Positions 36,161 through 49,031 of a stretch of 64,000 bases of DNA are shown here, in pieces. Each line of letters opens with the position of its first letter. Position 1 is the first letter of the stretch. The stretch is from Caecitellus pseudoparvulus (taxonomy: Eukaryota; Protista; Bigyra: Bicosoecida). A program made the position numbers and the translations under genes. Below the pieces are notes generated by a model. It was not told the DNA's origin. It was given only the letters and a program-made list of their open reading frames with translations, and searched no databases. The stretch lies in assembly GCA_965644315.1 (NCBI GenBank), contig CBFFRQ010000093.1, positions 186,001 through 250,000 of the forward strand. The letters are read 5' to 3'.

Positions 36161-38506
36161 TTATTCCGGCAGCGCATCTGCCGGGGCGTGCTGCTGCTGG
36201 CTGGCCTTCCCATCCCCGCAGCAACCACTGCGCTCCAAGCCCTCCCCTGCCGCACACGCAACCTCCTGCGTCAACACATGCCACTGCACGGGACCCTGAC
36301 CTTGCCTCAGACTCTTGGGCAGGTCGGGGTGCAGCTGCCAGCCGGCCAGCAGGTTCCACGGCCCCTGCCCCACGCGCCAAACTGCCTGACTCGGAGTGGG
36401 GGCAGCGGCCTCTCCCCCCAGTAGCTGCAAGACAGCCCCGGGGCACTGCAGCAACAGCCTCAAAAAGTGCTGCTCAGATGGAGACAAATCCCAAGGTTCT
36501 GGCACCGCTTCCCAGCGCATGAGCGCTCGAGGCGCGCTTGGAAACACACCCCAATGCCACAGCCCGCCGCGCTCTCGTCGAAGCGCAATGCCACGCTCAA
36601 AGTCCACGAAGACTGCCCCCCCAGGCAGCTCCTCAGGCAAGGTCAGAAACGCCGGGGTGGAGGCGAGGAAAGAACACACTCTGCGGGAGAAGGCCACTGG
36701 CCAGCGCTCTGCAAGGCCAGACAAGACTTCGCTTACGCTGCGTGCGCTCGCCTCAACAGCGCAACGCAAAGCACGCCATAGCGCAGCGTGCTGGTGTCGC
36801 CAAACCGTGAGAAAGCGAGGTGACAGCATCTCAACAAAATTGTAAATGGTGCCACCGCCTGGCTTGACCTCCCGGGCGAGGGGCAGGCGCGAGCACCAGA
36901 CGATTGATGTGTTCGGCAGCGGCAAACCCCCCTCGGCTTGTGCACGCACACACACCCTGCCCTGGGCATCAAGTGTACGGCTGGCTGCAGCATGCACCGC
37001 AGTGGCCTGCACAAGCGTGCTGCCATCTTCCCATGCAACGGCCTGGGGCGTGCGACAAGGCCTGCGTGAGCTCAGACCTTCGTGGACCTGCCACGGTGAA
37101 AACGCAGGCAGTGCAGCCACATGGGGAGCCCAGCCCCCGCCTGATGCATCGGCCAGGCTACAGAGGGGCATGCTTACATCACTCCCGCCGCCTGTCCAGG
37201 CACCAGGCATCCAGGGCACGGCCTCCGCACTGTGCCAACCTGCGCCTGCCGGCACGACAGCTGCCCGCATGGCGGCAACACACTCGGGGCACTCCAGCAT
37301 GGCCGCACGATGCGCCGCGGAGCACAGCTCGACACCGCCACACTGTGCATATGTGCTACACGCTACTGGCAGCTCTTGAGCGGGTGCATCGCCTCGCTCT
37401 GGGCTGAGCAGGCGCACGTGAGCGGGGGGAAGGAGCGAAGGAGCGTGTGGGCGAAAACACCGCCTCCACACCTCCCACTCGATGTGGCAGCCAGACAGTG
37501 GGCGCCCACTGTACTGTGCGACAGACATGACTCCCAGAGTGTGGTGTCCAGGCGGGTGGGGCATTTCCAGCCCGTGCCCTAGCGCCTCGTGATACGCGAC
37601 GCACGCTGACCCGGGCAGTTCCGCTGCGCGGAGCACCTCCTGTGTCACCAGCGCCCGGCAGACGGTCATGGGTTCCGAGTCGCGGGCAGAACTCCACCCC
37701 TCACATTCCACCAAGGCCTGGGCGGTGTGCCGTGGGCACACTGAGAAGGGGGCGCCCTGGCACGCGGCCCCGTCTGTGCGACCAATGTGCGACAAGCTCA
37801 TCCCCGCAGCTGCCGCCTGCTTGCCCACGTAGACATGGGAAAGGTCTGGAACAAAGTGCCCTGCATCTTGCCGTGCTGTGCGGACGTCTGCCGGGGGTGG
37901 CGCCCCGACTTGACTGCGACCCCAATCCGCCAGTGCCAGCAGCACGACATGCTGCGGCGGCATTTGAGCGGCAGGGTCACTCCGGGCAACGCAGGGGGGC
38001 GCTGCCGTGTCCCCATCTGTCACCAGCCAGGCTGTACAGGCGTCGACGAGCGGGTCGAAGAATTCCCTTGCCTCAACCTGCGCACAGAGCGTGTGAGCCG
38101 TGGGGTGTGTGCCAGGCTCACGTCAAGTGAAGGGCGCAGGCCAGTCCTCACGCTGCCTAGGTCGAAGTCGCATTGGGATTGCCGCAGGCGAAGAGGCCCA
38201 TACAATGACCAGGTCAACTTAGATCTGGTTGGCAAACAGGGCAGTGCGGTCGTGCAGAAGAAAGGCAAGCATCGCGGGCGTTTGCAAGCCTCACTGCTGA
38301 AACGCTGACTGATGAAACTCCGCCATGGTGCGTAGCAGCTTGACTGCCGCGCCTTGCCAGGGGGACCACTCTGGGGCATCCAAACAGTGTGCATATACCG
38401 CGACCACGTGCATGTGGGCTGCTGGGGTGCCGGAATCGTGAAGGACAGGCCCCTCCCCGTGCCGGGGCATCTCAGCTCCATGTGCGGCAGCTGCTGAACC
38501 CGACAT
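36161..38506 (-). CDS. Hypothetical multi-exon protein
   Basis: 620-aa open frame 38023-36161 extended upstream through an acceptor near 38077 (VEAREFFDPLVDAC...); probable first exon from ATG 38506. No domain recognised. Confidence 0.45.
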
Positions 38507-38709
38507 GTTTCACGCTGCCCAGGCAGCAAGAGACGGGCAGAAGACTCCCACCCACCACAACCTGCCCAGCATCCGTTGAGTGTGCTTCACATTTGCTGCT
38601 GCGGCAAGTGTGTCTAGACCCACGTGCCTCCCCTTGCCACTCGCTTCAATCCGACAGAGCACGCCAGGCGCTCAGCTCACACCTGCGCCCGCCATTTGTG
38701 CTGTTGGGC

Positions 38710-41182
38710 ATGGCGGGAGCACCGCGGAGGAAGCAGGCGGGTTCATGCTGCTCAGCCAGGGCGTTTCTCTTCATTGCCGTCCTTGCGTTTCTTCTAGGGA
38801 CAGCTTGGGTCTTCAGCCAGTGGAGTTCGCTGCAGGTTGGAAGAAGCCAGCCGCTTATCGCCGCATGGCTGCACTGCAGCACACCCCCGCTGGCGCCTTG
38901 ACCCTCAGGATTCAGTGCAGAACTCCCTTCGAGTAAATGCGCCAGGGCGTATCTTGGATTCCTGGGTGCGTTTTCTTGGTGCTGCGCTTGAGGGCACATA
39001 GGTGTTTTTCTGGCGTTTCACGAGATGGCTTCGCCGCTTGCCTGCGCAGCGCTCCAGCAACCCTAGCCCAAAGAGGGCAGCTGCACCGCTGCCCTCACCT
39101 TCCCCAACATCCCTACCATCGAGCCATCAGCACACACACTGGGAGGTTGGCGAGGAAGGGCATGGACTGAGCACAGACGTGGCTGTCAGCGAAACGCTTG
39201 AGTCTGTCCGACAGCGCTTTGCAGCTGCAGGAGCCAGCCTCTTTGCTGTGCACGAGCGCCCCGGCGAAAAGGTGGGAACATTGCTAGACTTCATTGGACT
39301 GTCCGTCTCGCCGGCCCAGCTGCACGCCAAAGCAGCCCACGCGCCTCCAACGGCAGCGCTGTGCCAGGCTGCTCTGGCTCCGGGTGTGGCGCAGCCCGGC
39401 GGAGTGGGCGCAGTGCACCTTGCAGCGCTGATCGGCGCGCCCAAGGCGCCTGCCGCAGCCCCCACCATACAGTTGAGCGACGTGGAGGTGTTGCCCGCCA
39501 CGCCCCTCCTCATTGCAGCATCAGTGACCCGGCGCCAGGACGTAGCTGGCCTTGGCACTGCCCTTGCAGGAGTGCAGCTGCCCACGCCAGGCATGCTCAC
39601 CAGCACACCCCTGACGGTACTTCTGCTCCTCCCGCCGAACGCACCCACCTTATCTGCAGCAGCTGCTGCAGTGGTCCAGACCGTTCTGCCTCACGGCACA
39701 GTGACCACCCTGGTCACCGCCGCCCCGCCGTCGCCAGAGCAGCCCTTCCCCCTCCTGCACGCTGCAGTGCAAGCCACGAGCTCCGGCACCATTCTCCTGC
39801 TACCGACACTGTCTGGCCTCACCTGCCGCGTCGCACTCCTCGCTCGAGTCGCAGCCCAGGCGGGTCGGCAGGCTCTCCTGGTGACGGACGGACCGGTCGG
39901 GGTGCCCCTGGCCCTGGCAGCTGCAGCCGTGGACATGCACGCAGCTGCGGGTGCCGCAGCTCGCCAGGCTGCCCCCAGCACCGGCTTGGCGGGAATCCAC
40001 CGCTTGCTGGAGGACGCCGTGGGGCTGGCCACGTTCCGTGAGCCGCTGCGGCTGCACCAGGCGCTGCCATCGCCGCAGGAGGAAGCCTTCGACTGCGATG
40101 CCCCCGCGGTGAAGGTGCATGTGTATGCCATGCCGTCGAACTTCACAGCTGAGCCGTTGGAGCGCGCAGGTGACGCGTGCACGACGTCAGTGCATGGAGC
40201 GGAGGTGTGGGCCCACCGACTGCTCCAGCGCAGTGCTGCAGCGACGCCCAATGGCCACGAAGCCGACTGGCATTTCGTGCCCATGTACGGCCACTGCACC
40301 ACACTGGCACAGAGGGAGGTCGCCACGCCGGCCTACATGGCTGCCTGGTACAGCCGCGCCATCCAGTGGCTGCGCCAGGCGCAACCCTTCTTCTCCGCTT
40401 CCGCTGGGCGGGACCACGTCTGGGCCTTCGCACAGGGGGATGGCGCGCTGGTCATGGGGGACGCCTCGCCTGCTGCACCGGGGGTATTCCTCACACACAA
40501 CAGCGACGTGGGAGGCAGGGGGTATGCCCCCGGCAAGGACTTACCCCTGCCACCGTACTTGGCGGGCAAGCTGACGCCAGTGTGGGAAGGGCTGGATGCC
40601 ACCGACACCCACGCACTCATCCACCGCCGGCGCTCCCACCTTGCTCTCTTCGTGGGCGACGCCCGGCCGTGCCAAGGCTGTATGGATCCCAGCTGTTGCC
40701 GGGACAACGGCCTGCGTGAGGCCCTTGCCTCCCTCCTGCAGAAAGACTCAGACACAGCGTACGCGAGCACACTGGAGGAGCTGCCGCCGGGAACGGTGCA
40801 AGACACCGACTTCTGCGTGGCGCCGCCAGGCAGACACGCTTGGACCCCGCGCCCGGTGGCTGCGATCTTGGCCGGCTGCATCCCGGTCGTGTTCGGCTCG
40901 GACGTGGACCTGCCGTGGGGTGACGTGGTGGACTGGGAGGCGATGGTTGTGCAGGTGAGCCCTGCGCAAGTGTTCCACACGGCCAACATTCTGCGTGCCA
41001 TTCCCCAGGCTGAACGAGTGGCCAGGCGGCAGGCCATGGCTGCTGCCTGGCACCGTCTCGCATGGCACAGCTCTCAGCCTCAAGCCGGGGATGCCTTCTG
41101 CACTCTGCTGCAAGAGCTGCAGGCCAAGGCGCACATGCGCGGGGCAGCCCGTAGCGCCTTTGGCCACCAACCTGCAGGGTGA
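38710..41182 (+). CDS. Exostosin-family glycosyltransferase (GT47), type II membrane protein
   Basis: N-terminal TM FLFIAVLAFLLGTAWVF (exon 1). KVHVYAMP, EADWHFVPMY, GRDHVWAF, KDLPLP, DFCVAPPG...WTPRPVAAILAGCIPV...LPWGDVVDW. Confidence 0.88.
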
Positions 41183-41304
41183 CACTTTGTGTGAGTGGGG
41201 TGCGTGAGGTGTGTGTGCTTGAACATTATCCCCGTGGCCGTGGTGGCACTGACAAATGTATTGTTCCATGCGTTGCCGTGGCTGCATGTAGAGCCACGCG
41301 CGGG

Positions 41305-44300
41305 TCACTCCTCGCTCACTTCCTCCAGCCAAGCCGGCCCGCCGTCCCCTGCAGCTTCGGTTGCAACATCGGCAGCGGCGGAAACTGAGGCAGAGTTCAG
41401 ATCCATGACATCCTCCCACACACTGCGACGCTTTCGAAGAGCGCCACGGACCATCGTAGCCGCTCGCAGTGCAGCCCACCGAGAGCTGGGGCCACGCTGA
41501 CCGTCGCGGCTGTGCGGGGATTGCGGGTACAAACTCGCACGGTGCTGCCGAAGCGCCCGGGTCGCCAACAACGCCACGGTCATGGGCACACCTCCAACTC
41601 CGTCTGTCTGAGGACGGCGTCTTTCGCCATCGTTCCCAAGTGTCTTCCGACGCATCGTTGCGACTGCATGCGCGACGTCCATCCCAACGAGTCGGTTCTG
41701 GCGGAAGGATCGAAGGCGGTCTCGGAACGCTGGCGTGCGCTTTCGGCGGCGCTGCAGCATGTGGCGGTCTTCCATCGCAGTGGTGGGCCTCGCTTGGCTT
41801 GGCTGCCCGGCTGCATGCTCCGGGTCGCCCTCGCCATCCCTGGCGTCGCTGTCGGTGCTGCTGCCTTCCTCGGCGCTGCCGTCGCTGAAGCTACGACCTT
41901 CGACGTCGGCGGCAGCCTCATCCACCCAGAGAGGATTCTGGGCCATGCTTCTCGGCATTGAGGGGGAGTGCAGGAGTTTCTGTCGATTGGATGGCGAGAG
42001 CATGCCGTGCCTTGTGCCCGACGCTTGGTTGAGACTTGCACGCCGTGGCTGCCCCACGCCGCGGGCTCGTGGGCGAGCGCCTCCCCCTCCAGCGGACATG
42101 GACAGCCGCCCAGAGAGGAGGGACTGAGCGAGTTGCCGTGCCATCGCATCCTTCGCCCGTGGTTCCAAGTCGAACCCTCCCATGAGGCTGTCCATGAAGG
42201 GCCGGGATGCAAAGAGCGTGCGGCGGCTGGGCTCCCGCCGGGCCTGCTTGCGCAGGACTTCGTACTCCGAGTCCTCCCACTCTTGGTCAGAATCTGTGTC
42301 TGAGTCACTCTCAAGGCCTGTCAGCTTCAGCGTTTCGGCAGTGGTTTCCAGCTGGAAGTGGGAGAAGGAGTGCTTCACGACCACCCTGGCCTTGCGCCCA
42401 AAGCGCTCGTAGATGAACCACTCCAGGTCTCTGGCCATGACCAACGAGGCAGAGTCCAGGGCAGACAGCTTCAACTCAGCCCGTGTGCGGTACGGCGTGC
42501 CGTCAGAGGTCACCTTGATGATTTGTTGGCGGTCTGAAGGGGACAGCAGGAGGCCGTCATCGTGGCGAAAGTACCAGACGAAGGCGTTGAAGATGATGGC
42601 GATGAGGACATTCACCCCAATGAGCACAATGACGATGTAGAACAGCGTGAAGTACGCCCAGGCTGCGCCGAACGAAACCGCAGCGCCCATCCCCCCCACC
42701 ATCACGAAGAAATTGTTCACCACCGTGAACGTCAGGCAGACTAGCATCGCCCGTGGCAAGGTATCGAAATTCAGGCCCCACCAGGCAGCCGCCACGTATG
42801 GGTTCTCTGGGTGGGCCTCCTCCAAGTCCTCCTGCGCCATGCTGCCAGCCCAGACGTCCATGCCCACCATGCCGAACGAGTAGAACATGAGCAGGAGGAG
42901 TGCAAAGACTCCTGACAAGACAGGTAGCATGTTCCCCACCGTGGAGAACACGCGCCTGTACGACCGCAGGGCTCGCAGCAGCCGCAGCAGGCGAAAGACG
43001 CGGCTGGCAGAGGCCACACTCGCAGGGCTCTCGCCGGCAGACAGCTCTGAGACAGCGCCGTCCACGGCCCCCGTCGGAGCATCCACCGCGACGATGACTT
43101 CTGCAAGGACAGAGGCAGTGATGAGGATGAGGTCGAGCTTGTTGGCAACAGACTGTCGCCAGAAGTCGCCAACGCCGTACGCGAACATTTTCATGCTCAA
43201 CTCAAGCACGAACAGAGCCAAGAAGCAGAATTGTGCAATGCCAATGGCGGCAAGCTCTGGCGAGGAGCGGGGCACTCCTTCTTCTTCCAGAACCACTTCA
43301 AGCACTACAAGGACCACGTTCAGCGCCACAAGCACGTTGAAAATGAGCTCAGAAACCACCCAGTCGTGGACTTGGTAGTCCAGAATGCTCTGCATCCAAA
43401 GCGAGGCGTTGAACACCCGCCTTCTGCAAGTTGTCCGGGCGTGGCGACTGCACCCGCAGCAGGTGGCGCAGCATGCAGTCTCGTCAGCACAGCATCCAAA
43501 GCAGACGCTTTGCTCCTCAGAAAATATGTCAGCCTCGTCCTCTTCTTCAGAGGCCTCAGTCTCGACGAGGCCGGCAGCTGGGAGCGAAACCTGGGCTGCA
43601 GTTCGAAGAGACGGAGCACCTGACGCTGCCACTTCAGGGGTCGCAGGCGCCGAAGCATGCGGAGTAGCAACTGCCTCCGTCGTGCTCGGCGTGGTACTGG
43701 CGACGTGCACCGCGCTAGAAGGCTTGACTGGGACCGGGCTGGAGCTGGCAGGCAGGTGCGAGCCTTGCGCTTCAGGGGCGGCGTCCCTTGACTCGGATCC
43801 AGTGCCAGTGTCAGCGTCGCCCTCTGCAGCAAAGGGGGCTGTGTCAGAGGGGGCCTTGGGCTCCCCAAGCCCCATCTGCCCTGCCTGCTGCCTGGCCATG
43901 TGCTCCACCTCCAGAATGTATGCGGTGGACAGGCCGCGGAAGCGCTTGGACGACACGTCGATGTTGTACTTGAAGTACAGCATGGAGTGCTGAAACTCAT
44001 CAAAAGTGACGTCCCCCGTCGCGTGCTCCTCGTCGAATGAATCCACATACTCAAACAGCATGTCCCCCACTCCCGACTTCACCCACTCTGGCCGAAGCTC
44101 GCCCACCAGCTTGCCCCATGTGCCCCGTGAAATGCCTGTGGTGGCATCTGGTACGAGAAGGTCATATGCCTTGCTGTAAGCAGTCCTGGTCCTGCGAATG
44201 GCCCGGCGCACAGCAGCTTCGGTAGCTGTGGAAAAGTCGTCCAGGATGATGGCCAGCACGAGCTGCACCAGGAAGAAAATGCCCCCTAAAATGTACATCA

Positions 44301-45184
44301 CGAAGAAGATGGAGGCCCAAGGGTCGGACTGGAACACCAGCATCATGACATCGGGATTGTTGGCGGTGGCCAACAGAGTGGCCATGGACGCGATGCTGTC
44401 TGGGATCGTTGCGAAGTACAGCGGCCGCTGCCCGTCGTACCGTTCCTCATTGTACGCCGACTCTTGATCTGAAAACAGGATGAACGCCCCAATACTGAAC
44501 AAAAGCACGTGAGTGGCTGCCAGAAGCAAGACTGGGATGACGGTTTTGCTGCTGCGCAGGATGTTGCTGCCCACAGAGCGCAGTGTGGGGGAGCGCTCCA
44601 CGATGAAGAGCGGCCGAAGCCACCGAAGCCGAATGCCAGTGTGTTTGGGGAAGCCCAGGCCGACGCAGTTCCCCAGGAAAAGCAGCAGCGCTGCCAGGAG
44701 GACGAAAGGCTTCCACTTGTTGTGCGATAGCAGGTACGGAATGTCTGTGGACCGGCCCATGCCCCTCCAGTAAATGTAGCAGTCCACAGAGTACAGCACC
44801 ACGAAGACTAGCTCTGCCACGTTGCTGGTGGGGTAGGGAAGCGAGAAAAACACTCCAGAGTTGGGCTCCTCCATCAGGCCGAGCAGCAGGTGCAGACACA
44901 TGACGCCCATGATGAAGGGCCTCCACCGAACGTGATGGTACAGCCTGTGTCCGGGAAGCACGTTGGTTGCACAGCGATGCAGGCATATTCCGCAAACGTT
45001 TGCTGCCAGCTCACCTGTAGAATTCCACTGATTCAGCATCCAGTGGGTGCCGATGGGACCGATGTTCCAATGCATCCTGCACTAAGACTGCTGCAGCCCT
45101 TGCGTTTGCCCCTGTTACGACCCACTCCTTCCTCTCTGAGGAACGCTGGCTGCTCTGCCCTGCCTCCTCGACTCCTTCAGCCAT
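41305..45184 (-). CDS. TPCN: Two-pore channel (TPC), 2x6TM cation channel
   Basis: Exon 1 45184-45015 (AAVLVQDALEHRSHRH, typical TPC N-terminus), intron 45014-44945. S4 RLRWLRP and SRVFRLLRLLR; pore filters LLATANNPDVMM and TFTVVNNFFV. Confidence 0.88.
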
Positions 45185-45560
45185 CAGAAGGTACTGCAAC
45201 CCAAACCAGCGCAGCCTGGGCACAACAGAAATAACTGTCTGGGTGTGTGTGTATATGGAAGGAGTCTTGGCGTGGGGCGCTATCACGGTTATTGTTTGTA
45301 GTGCCTGAACTCTATTGCTGAATTTTACCAGCACTACAGCAATGCCTTGACAGTGTAGAGAGAAATGAAAGTCGCCGCCCTTGTGGGCCGCAGCACATCT
45401 CACCCACCGTGTGCACACAAACAATACGTATCCGCTGCACTCCGACTACGGACACGAAGGCAGTGCTTCACTTTAGTGTCTGCGTTCGCTAACGCCTCTT
45501 CTCTGGCGGCGTGTGCGACGCCGAAGTGACTTGCGTTTCAGTGGAAACGCAGCGGCAGCC

Positions 45561-46584
45561 ATGCGGCGCTCTCTGGGTGGGGTGTCAGGCACAGACACAC
45601 TGCTTGTGAAGCAGAACACGCGCATTCCACCTTATGTGCGCACAGATCTGATGTTCTTGAACAAGATCAGGCGTAGCAAGCGCCGTATGCCACGACAGCT
45701 GCGGAAACTCCTGCAACGGCTGGTGAGCGAGAACCCTCTGAATGACCTCAGTGTGCTGGTCTGGCTGATGTTCTTGGCAGCGCTCCCCTTCAGGGGCTTT
45801 CCCTTGCTGTTCACCTTCTTTGCTAACTATTTTCTGGCCCTGATTCTGGGCATGTTGATCTCCTCCCGGCGCCCGTGGCAGCTGGATCGCAGGCTCAAAC
45901 CGCAAGTTCGCGTGTCAGGCAGCGCCTTCCCTTGTCTGGAACTGTGGCTGGCCGCTGTCACGTTTCTCTCCATTGGAACTGCATACCCCTCCCCAGCTTC
46001 TGTGCTTGGGCTCTTGGCCCTGTTTTGCCTGCTTCTGTACACCCGCTTGGCAACTCTCGCGTACTTCACCGTGCAGCTCCTTGGAAGCTGCCTGCTCGGC
46101 TGCGCAGGGTGGGCAGCATGCGAAGTACTCAAGGCAACAGTGCTTCGAAATGGGGTCCACAGACAGGTGGTTTTAGTTGGCGCCATCCTCACGGTCATGG
46201 CCTTCCTTGGACACGTCGCGTACCTGGCAGAGCGCAACCAGAGTGCGGTGCTGGCTGTGCCCAAGGCGGAGTGTGAGTGCACGCGCGCCTCCGCGCTGGA
46301 GCTTGGGTACACTCCTCTGGGCTCCCTTTCCCTGCACAGACTTGCGAGTCATGGGCGATATCATGGACCGCCAAGCGGCGGAGCCACAGCTTGAGGAATC
46401 CCTTGCGGGGAGCTTTGCGGACGAAGGCGGGGGCCAGCTCGGGCTGCGGCTGCAAAGGCGCCGCGCACAGACTCGCGCTTTCGACACCCAAAGTAGAGGG
46501 GGGCCTCCTCGCACCATGCTTTCCAGCCTGCTGGACAACATGCGTGCTTCTGAGGAGGCAAGCAGAGCAGCTGGTTTGGAGTGA
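45561..46584 (+). CDS. PAP2-like multi-pass membrane protein with degenerate catalytic motifs
   Basis: About six hydrophobic segments; SRRPW, SAFPC and TRLATLAYF at PAP2 C1/C2/C3-like positions; one intron (~46272-46339) joining to YLRVMGDIMD. Confidence 0.55.
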
Positions 46585-46849
46585 GCTGGGCTCAGCCCGT
46601 GCCTGGGCGGGTGCAGTGGCTCACAAAACAAAAGCACAGACATTTTTGAATGGAATTGAAGCTGGCATTGCGAGGCAAGAAGTGGACTCGGCATTGAAGG
46701 TTAGGGAGACCCCTGATTCACTCTCAAACACACATCAGCTCTCCGTTCACCCTCGCCACTAAGGAGCTCGAGGTGCATCTTGCGGCTTGAGGGCAGTTAA
46801 CCGGCCAAGCTTATTTAAGGAGAGGTCAAGTGACTTCCGGCTTGTCACC

Positions 46850-48565
46850 ATGGCGGCTTCTTCAGGAACGAAGCGTCTCCGCAGTGAGGTTCAAGGGATG
46901 GGCGGCGGGCAGGAATCGATTTCCGCAGCCAAGCAGGCGCATGTTGCAGGGCCTGAGGCCCCGCTGGAAGATGCGCAAGCCGTTGCTGCTTGGCTGCTGT
47001 ACCCCTTGTCACCGAGTGTATTCATGCGGCAGTACTACGAGCGCAGACCAGTGCTGCTTAGGCGGCCTGCGAACTACTTCGCCTCACTGCCGCCTTGTTT
47101 GGGGCAGTCTGGCCCTCTGTTCAGCATTGATGGATTCAAGGCACTCGTTGACACTGGTGCGCTGACATTCGAGCAAGACCTGGATGTGACACTGTACAAG
47201 GACGAAAAGCGCCTCACACTGCAGGGTTCAGGGGTACCAGACCCTGCGGACGTGTGGAGCCAGCGCATGCAGCAGGAGGGGTGCTCCCTGCGCCTGCGGT
47301 GCCCCCAAGCTCACCTTCCACCCGTGCACGCACTGTGCGCGAGCCTTGAAGACTTCTTCTCCACCTTTGTCGGGAGTAACGCTTACTTGACGCCGAGCGG
47401 CTCGCAAGGCTTCGCGCCACACTACGATGACATTGAGGCGTTCATCTTGCAGTTGGAAGGGAGAAAGCATTGGCGCGTGTACCCCCCGCGTTCTGAAGAG
47501 GAGACCCTCCCTCGTCTTTCGTCGCCGAACCTAGAGCAGGGCGACATTGGGCAGCCAGCGCTTGAAGCAACTCTTGGGCCTGGCGACCTGTTGTACTTCC
47601 CCCGGGGTTGGGTGCACCAAGCCGACACCGTTGGAGACTCGCCATCACTGCACCTGACAGTGTCAGCTGGGCAGAAGACCACATGGGCTGACTTGCTGTC
47701 AGGCGTGCTGGAGGGAGCGCTGCAGCAAGCTACCGACAAGCACGTTGCCTTGCGGCGCCTGCCCCCGCCTGCCATGCTGCGAGTGCTGGGGGCGGGCAAC
47801 GCGCCTGCAGATGAAGAGACCGATGCAGACTCACCTGAGGTGCCGATTGACCGCCAGTGGGCGCAGGGCGGCGCCGATGCCCATATTGTACTGGCGGCAG
47901 CAGGGCTCGACCACGGTGATGCGGTGGTGAATGCCGACCGCCTCGCGACAGCGCTGGACGTGTCAAACCCAGCAGACGCCCTGCCTGGTCTGGATGTGCC
48001 TCCTCAGGCGAGTCAAGCCCAGCTCAGCGTCGCCCGGGCCAGCATGCACAAGGCTCTCGAGGAGCTGTTATCTATCGTCTCAGGGGAGCTCAGCCCTGCA
48101 GTTGCGGACGCAGCTGCAGACGCAATGGGCGCCCGCTTCCTCAAGGAGCGCCTGCCCCCAGCGGGGGGCCTGCACCCCCGTGAGAGTGTGCCGGTCGTGT
48201 CCTTCGACTCCAAGCTCAAGTGGGTGAGCCCCACCGCAGCACGCATTGAGCTGGGCGAGGACGAAGGGGAGCCAGTGGCCACGGTGACTTGCTCGGCCAG
48301 GAACTCGCTGCGTTTCCTGCAGCGGGCGCCCTTGAAGGTGGTGTTCCCCATCAGCTTTGCCCCCGCGGTCGACGCGCTGACGGAGGCTCACCCGCAGCCG
48401 GTACAAGTGGGGAAGCTGCCCATCGTGGATGAAGACGACGACGTTGTGGAGGTATCTGAGGCTGCTCGCTTGTTCAAGGAGGGTGGCTCAGAAGACGACG
48501 TGGAGGAGCCGTTCTTGGAGTTGATGCAGGAGTTGTGCGCTATGGGGGCAGCTGTCGTGGTGTAG
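46850..48565 (+). CDS. RIOX1: Ribosomal oxygenase NO66/RIOX1 (JmjC histidyl hydroxylase)
   Basis: FMRQYYERRPVLL, GCSLRLRCPQ, GSNAYLTPSGSQGFAPHYDDIEAFILQLEGRKHWRVY, LPRLSSPNL, PGDLLYFPRGWVHQA, SLHLTVS. Confidence 0.93.
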   Translation: MAASSGTKRLRSEVQGMGGGQESISAAKQAHVAGPEAPLEDAQAVAAWLLYPLSPSVFMRQYYERRPVLLRRPANYFASLPPCLGQSGPLFSIDGFKALVDTGALTFEQDLDVTLYKDEKRLTLQGSGVPDPADVWSQRMQQEGCSLRLRCPQAHLPPVHALCASLEDFFSTFVGSNAYLTPSGSQGFAPHYDDIEAFILQLEGRKHWRVYPPRSEEETLPRLSSPNLEQGDIGQPALEATLGPGDLLYFPRGWVHQADTVGDSPSLHLTVSAGQKTTWADLLSGVLEGALQQATDKHVALRRLPPPAMLRVLGAGNAPADEETDADSPEVPIDRQWAQGGADAHIVLAAAGLDHGDAVVNADRLATALDVSNPADALPGLDVPPQASQAQLSVARASMHKALEELLSIVSGELSPAVADAAADAMGARFLKERLPPAGGLHPRESVPVVSFDSKLKWVSPTAARIELGEDEGEPVATVTCSARNSLRFLQRAPLKVVFPISFAPAVDALTEAHPQPVQVGKLPIVDEDDDVVEVSEAARLFKEGGSEDDVEEPFLELMQELCAMGAAVVV

Positions 48566-49031
48566 CGTGGCCAGCCGCAGCAATTCAAAATCGACGCACG
48601 TGGTGGAAAACTGCAAACAAGGCCTGTCCGACTCGAAGCACCCCTGACTGTACTGTGTTGCCGCCTGGTTTTCATTGGCTGGTAGCCATGCCGGCCATCC
48701 CGATGGGAGCGTACGTGAATGCTCAGCCCTGTCGCTGCGACGAGAAACTCCGAGTGAAGCCACTGCTCAAGCCGCGCTCGCGTCTGACGAGGGCGCCCTG
48801 CACCTCGGGAAGCTTCTGTTCTCATTGGGGGCTTGCTCTTTGTGACTGTGCTTCTTGGCTCGCTTCTCTTGTCTTGTCCTGCCCAGCCACGATCGACGCT
48901 CGGCGTTGCTGCACTGCTGCCAACACTCCCCTTTGCCCCTGCTGCGCAGTGCGGCAGGCGCCATTGACCGCAGGAGGCAGAGGCGAGGCCGCAGTGGGTA
49001 CTTTTCGTCCTCCAAAAGAGGCTCCTCCCGC

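Noticed and set aside
19698-45184. AP-2 mu, myotubularin, AGC kinase and TPC as an endosomal phosphoinositide gene cluster
   Set aside because: Interspersed with unrelated housekeeping genes and on mixed strands; chance proximity is sufficient without synteny data.
1505-48565. Three JmjC oxygenases as a functional cluster
   Set aside because: Different subfamilies, 12-30 kb apart, no sign of tandem duplication.
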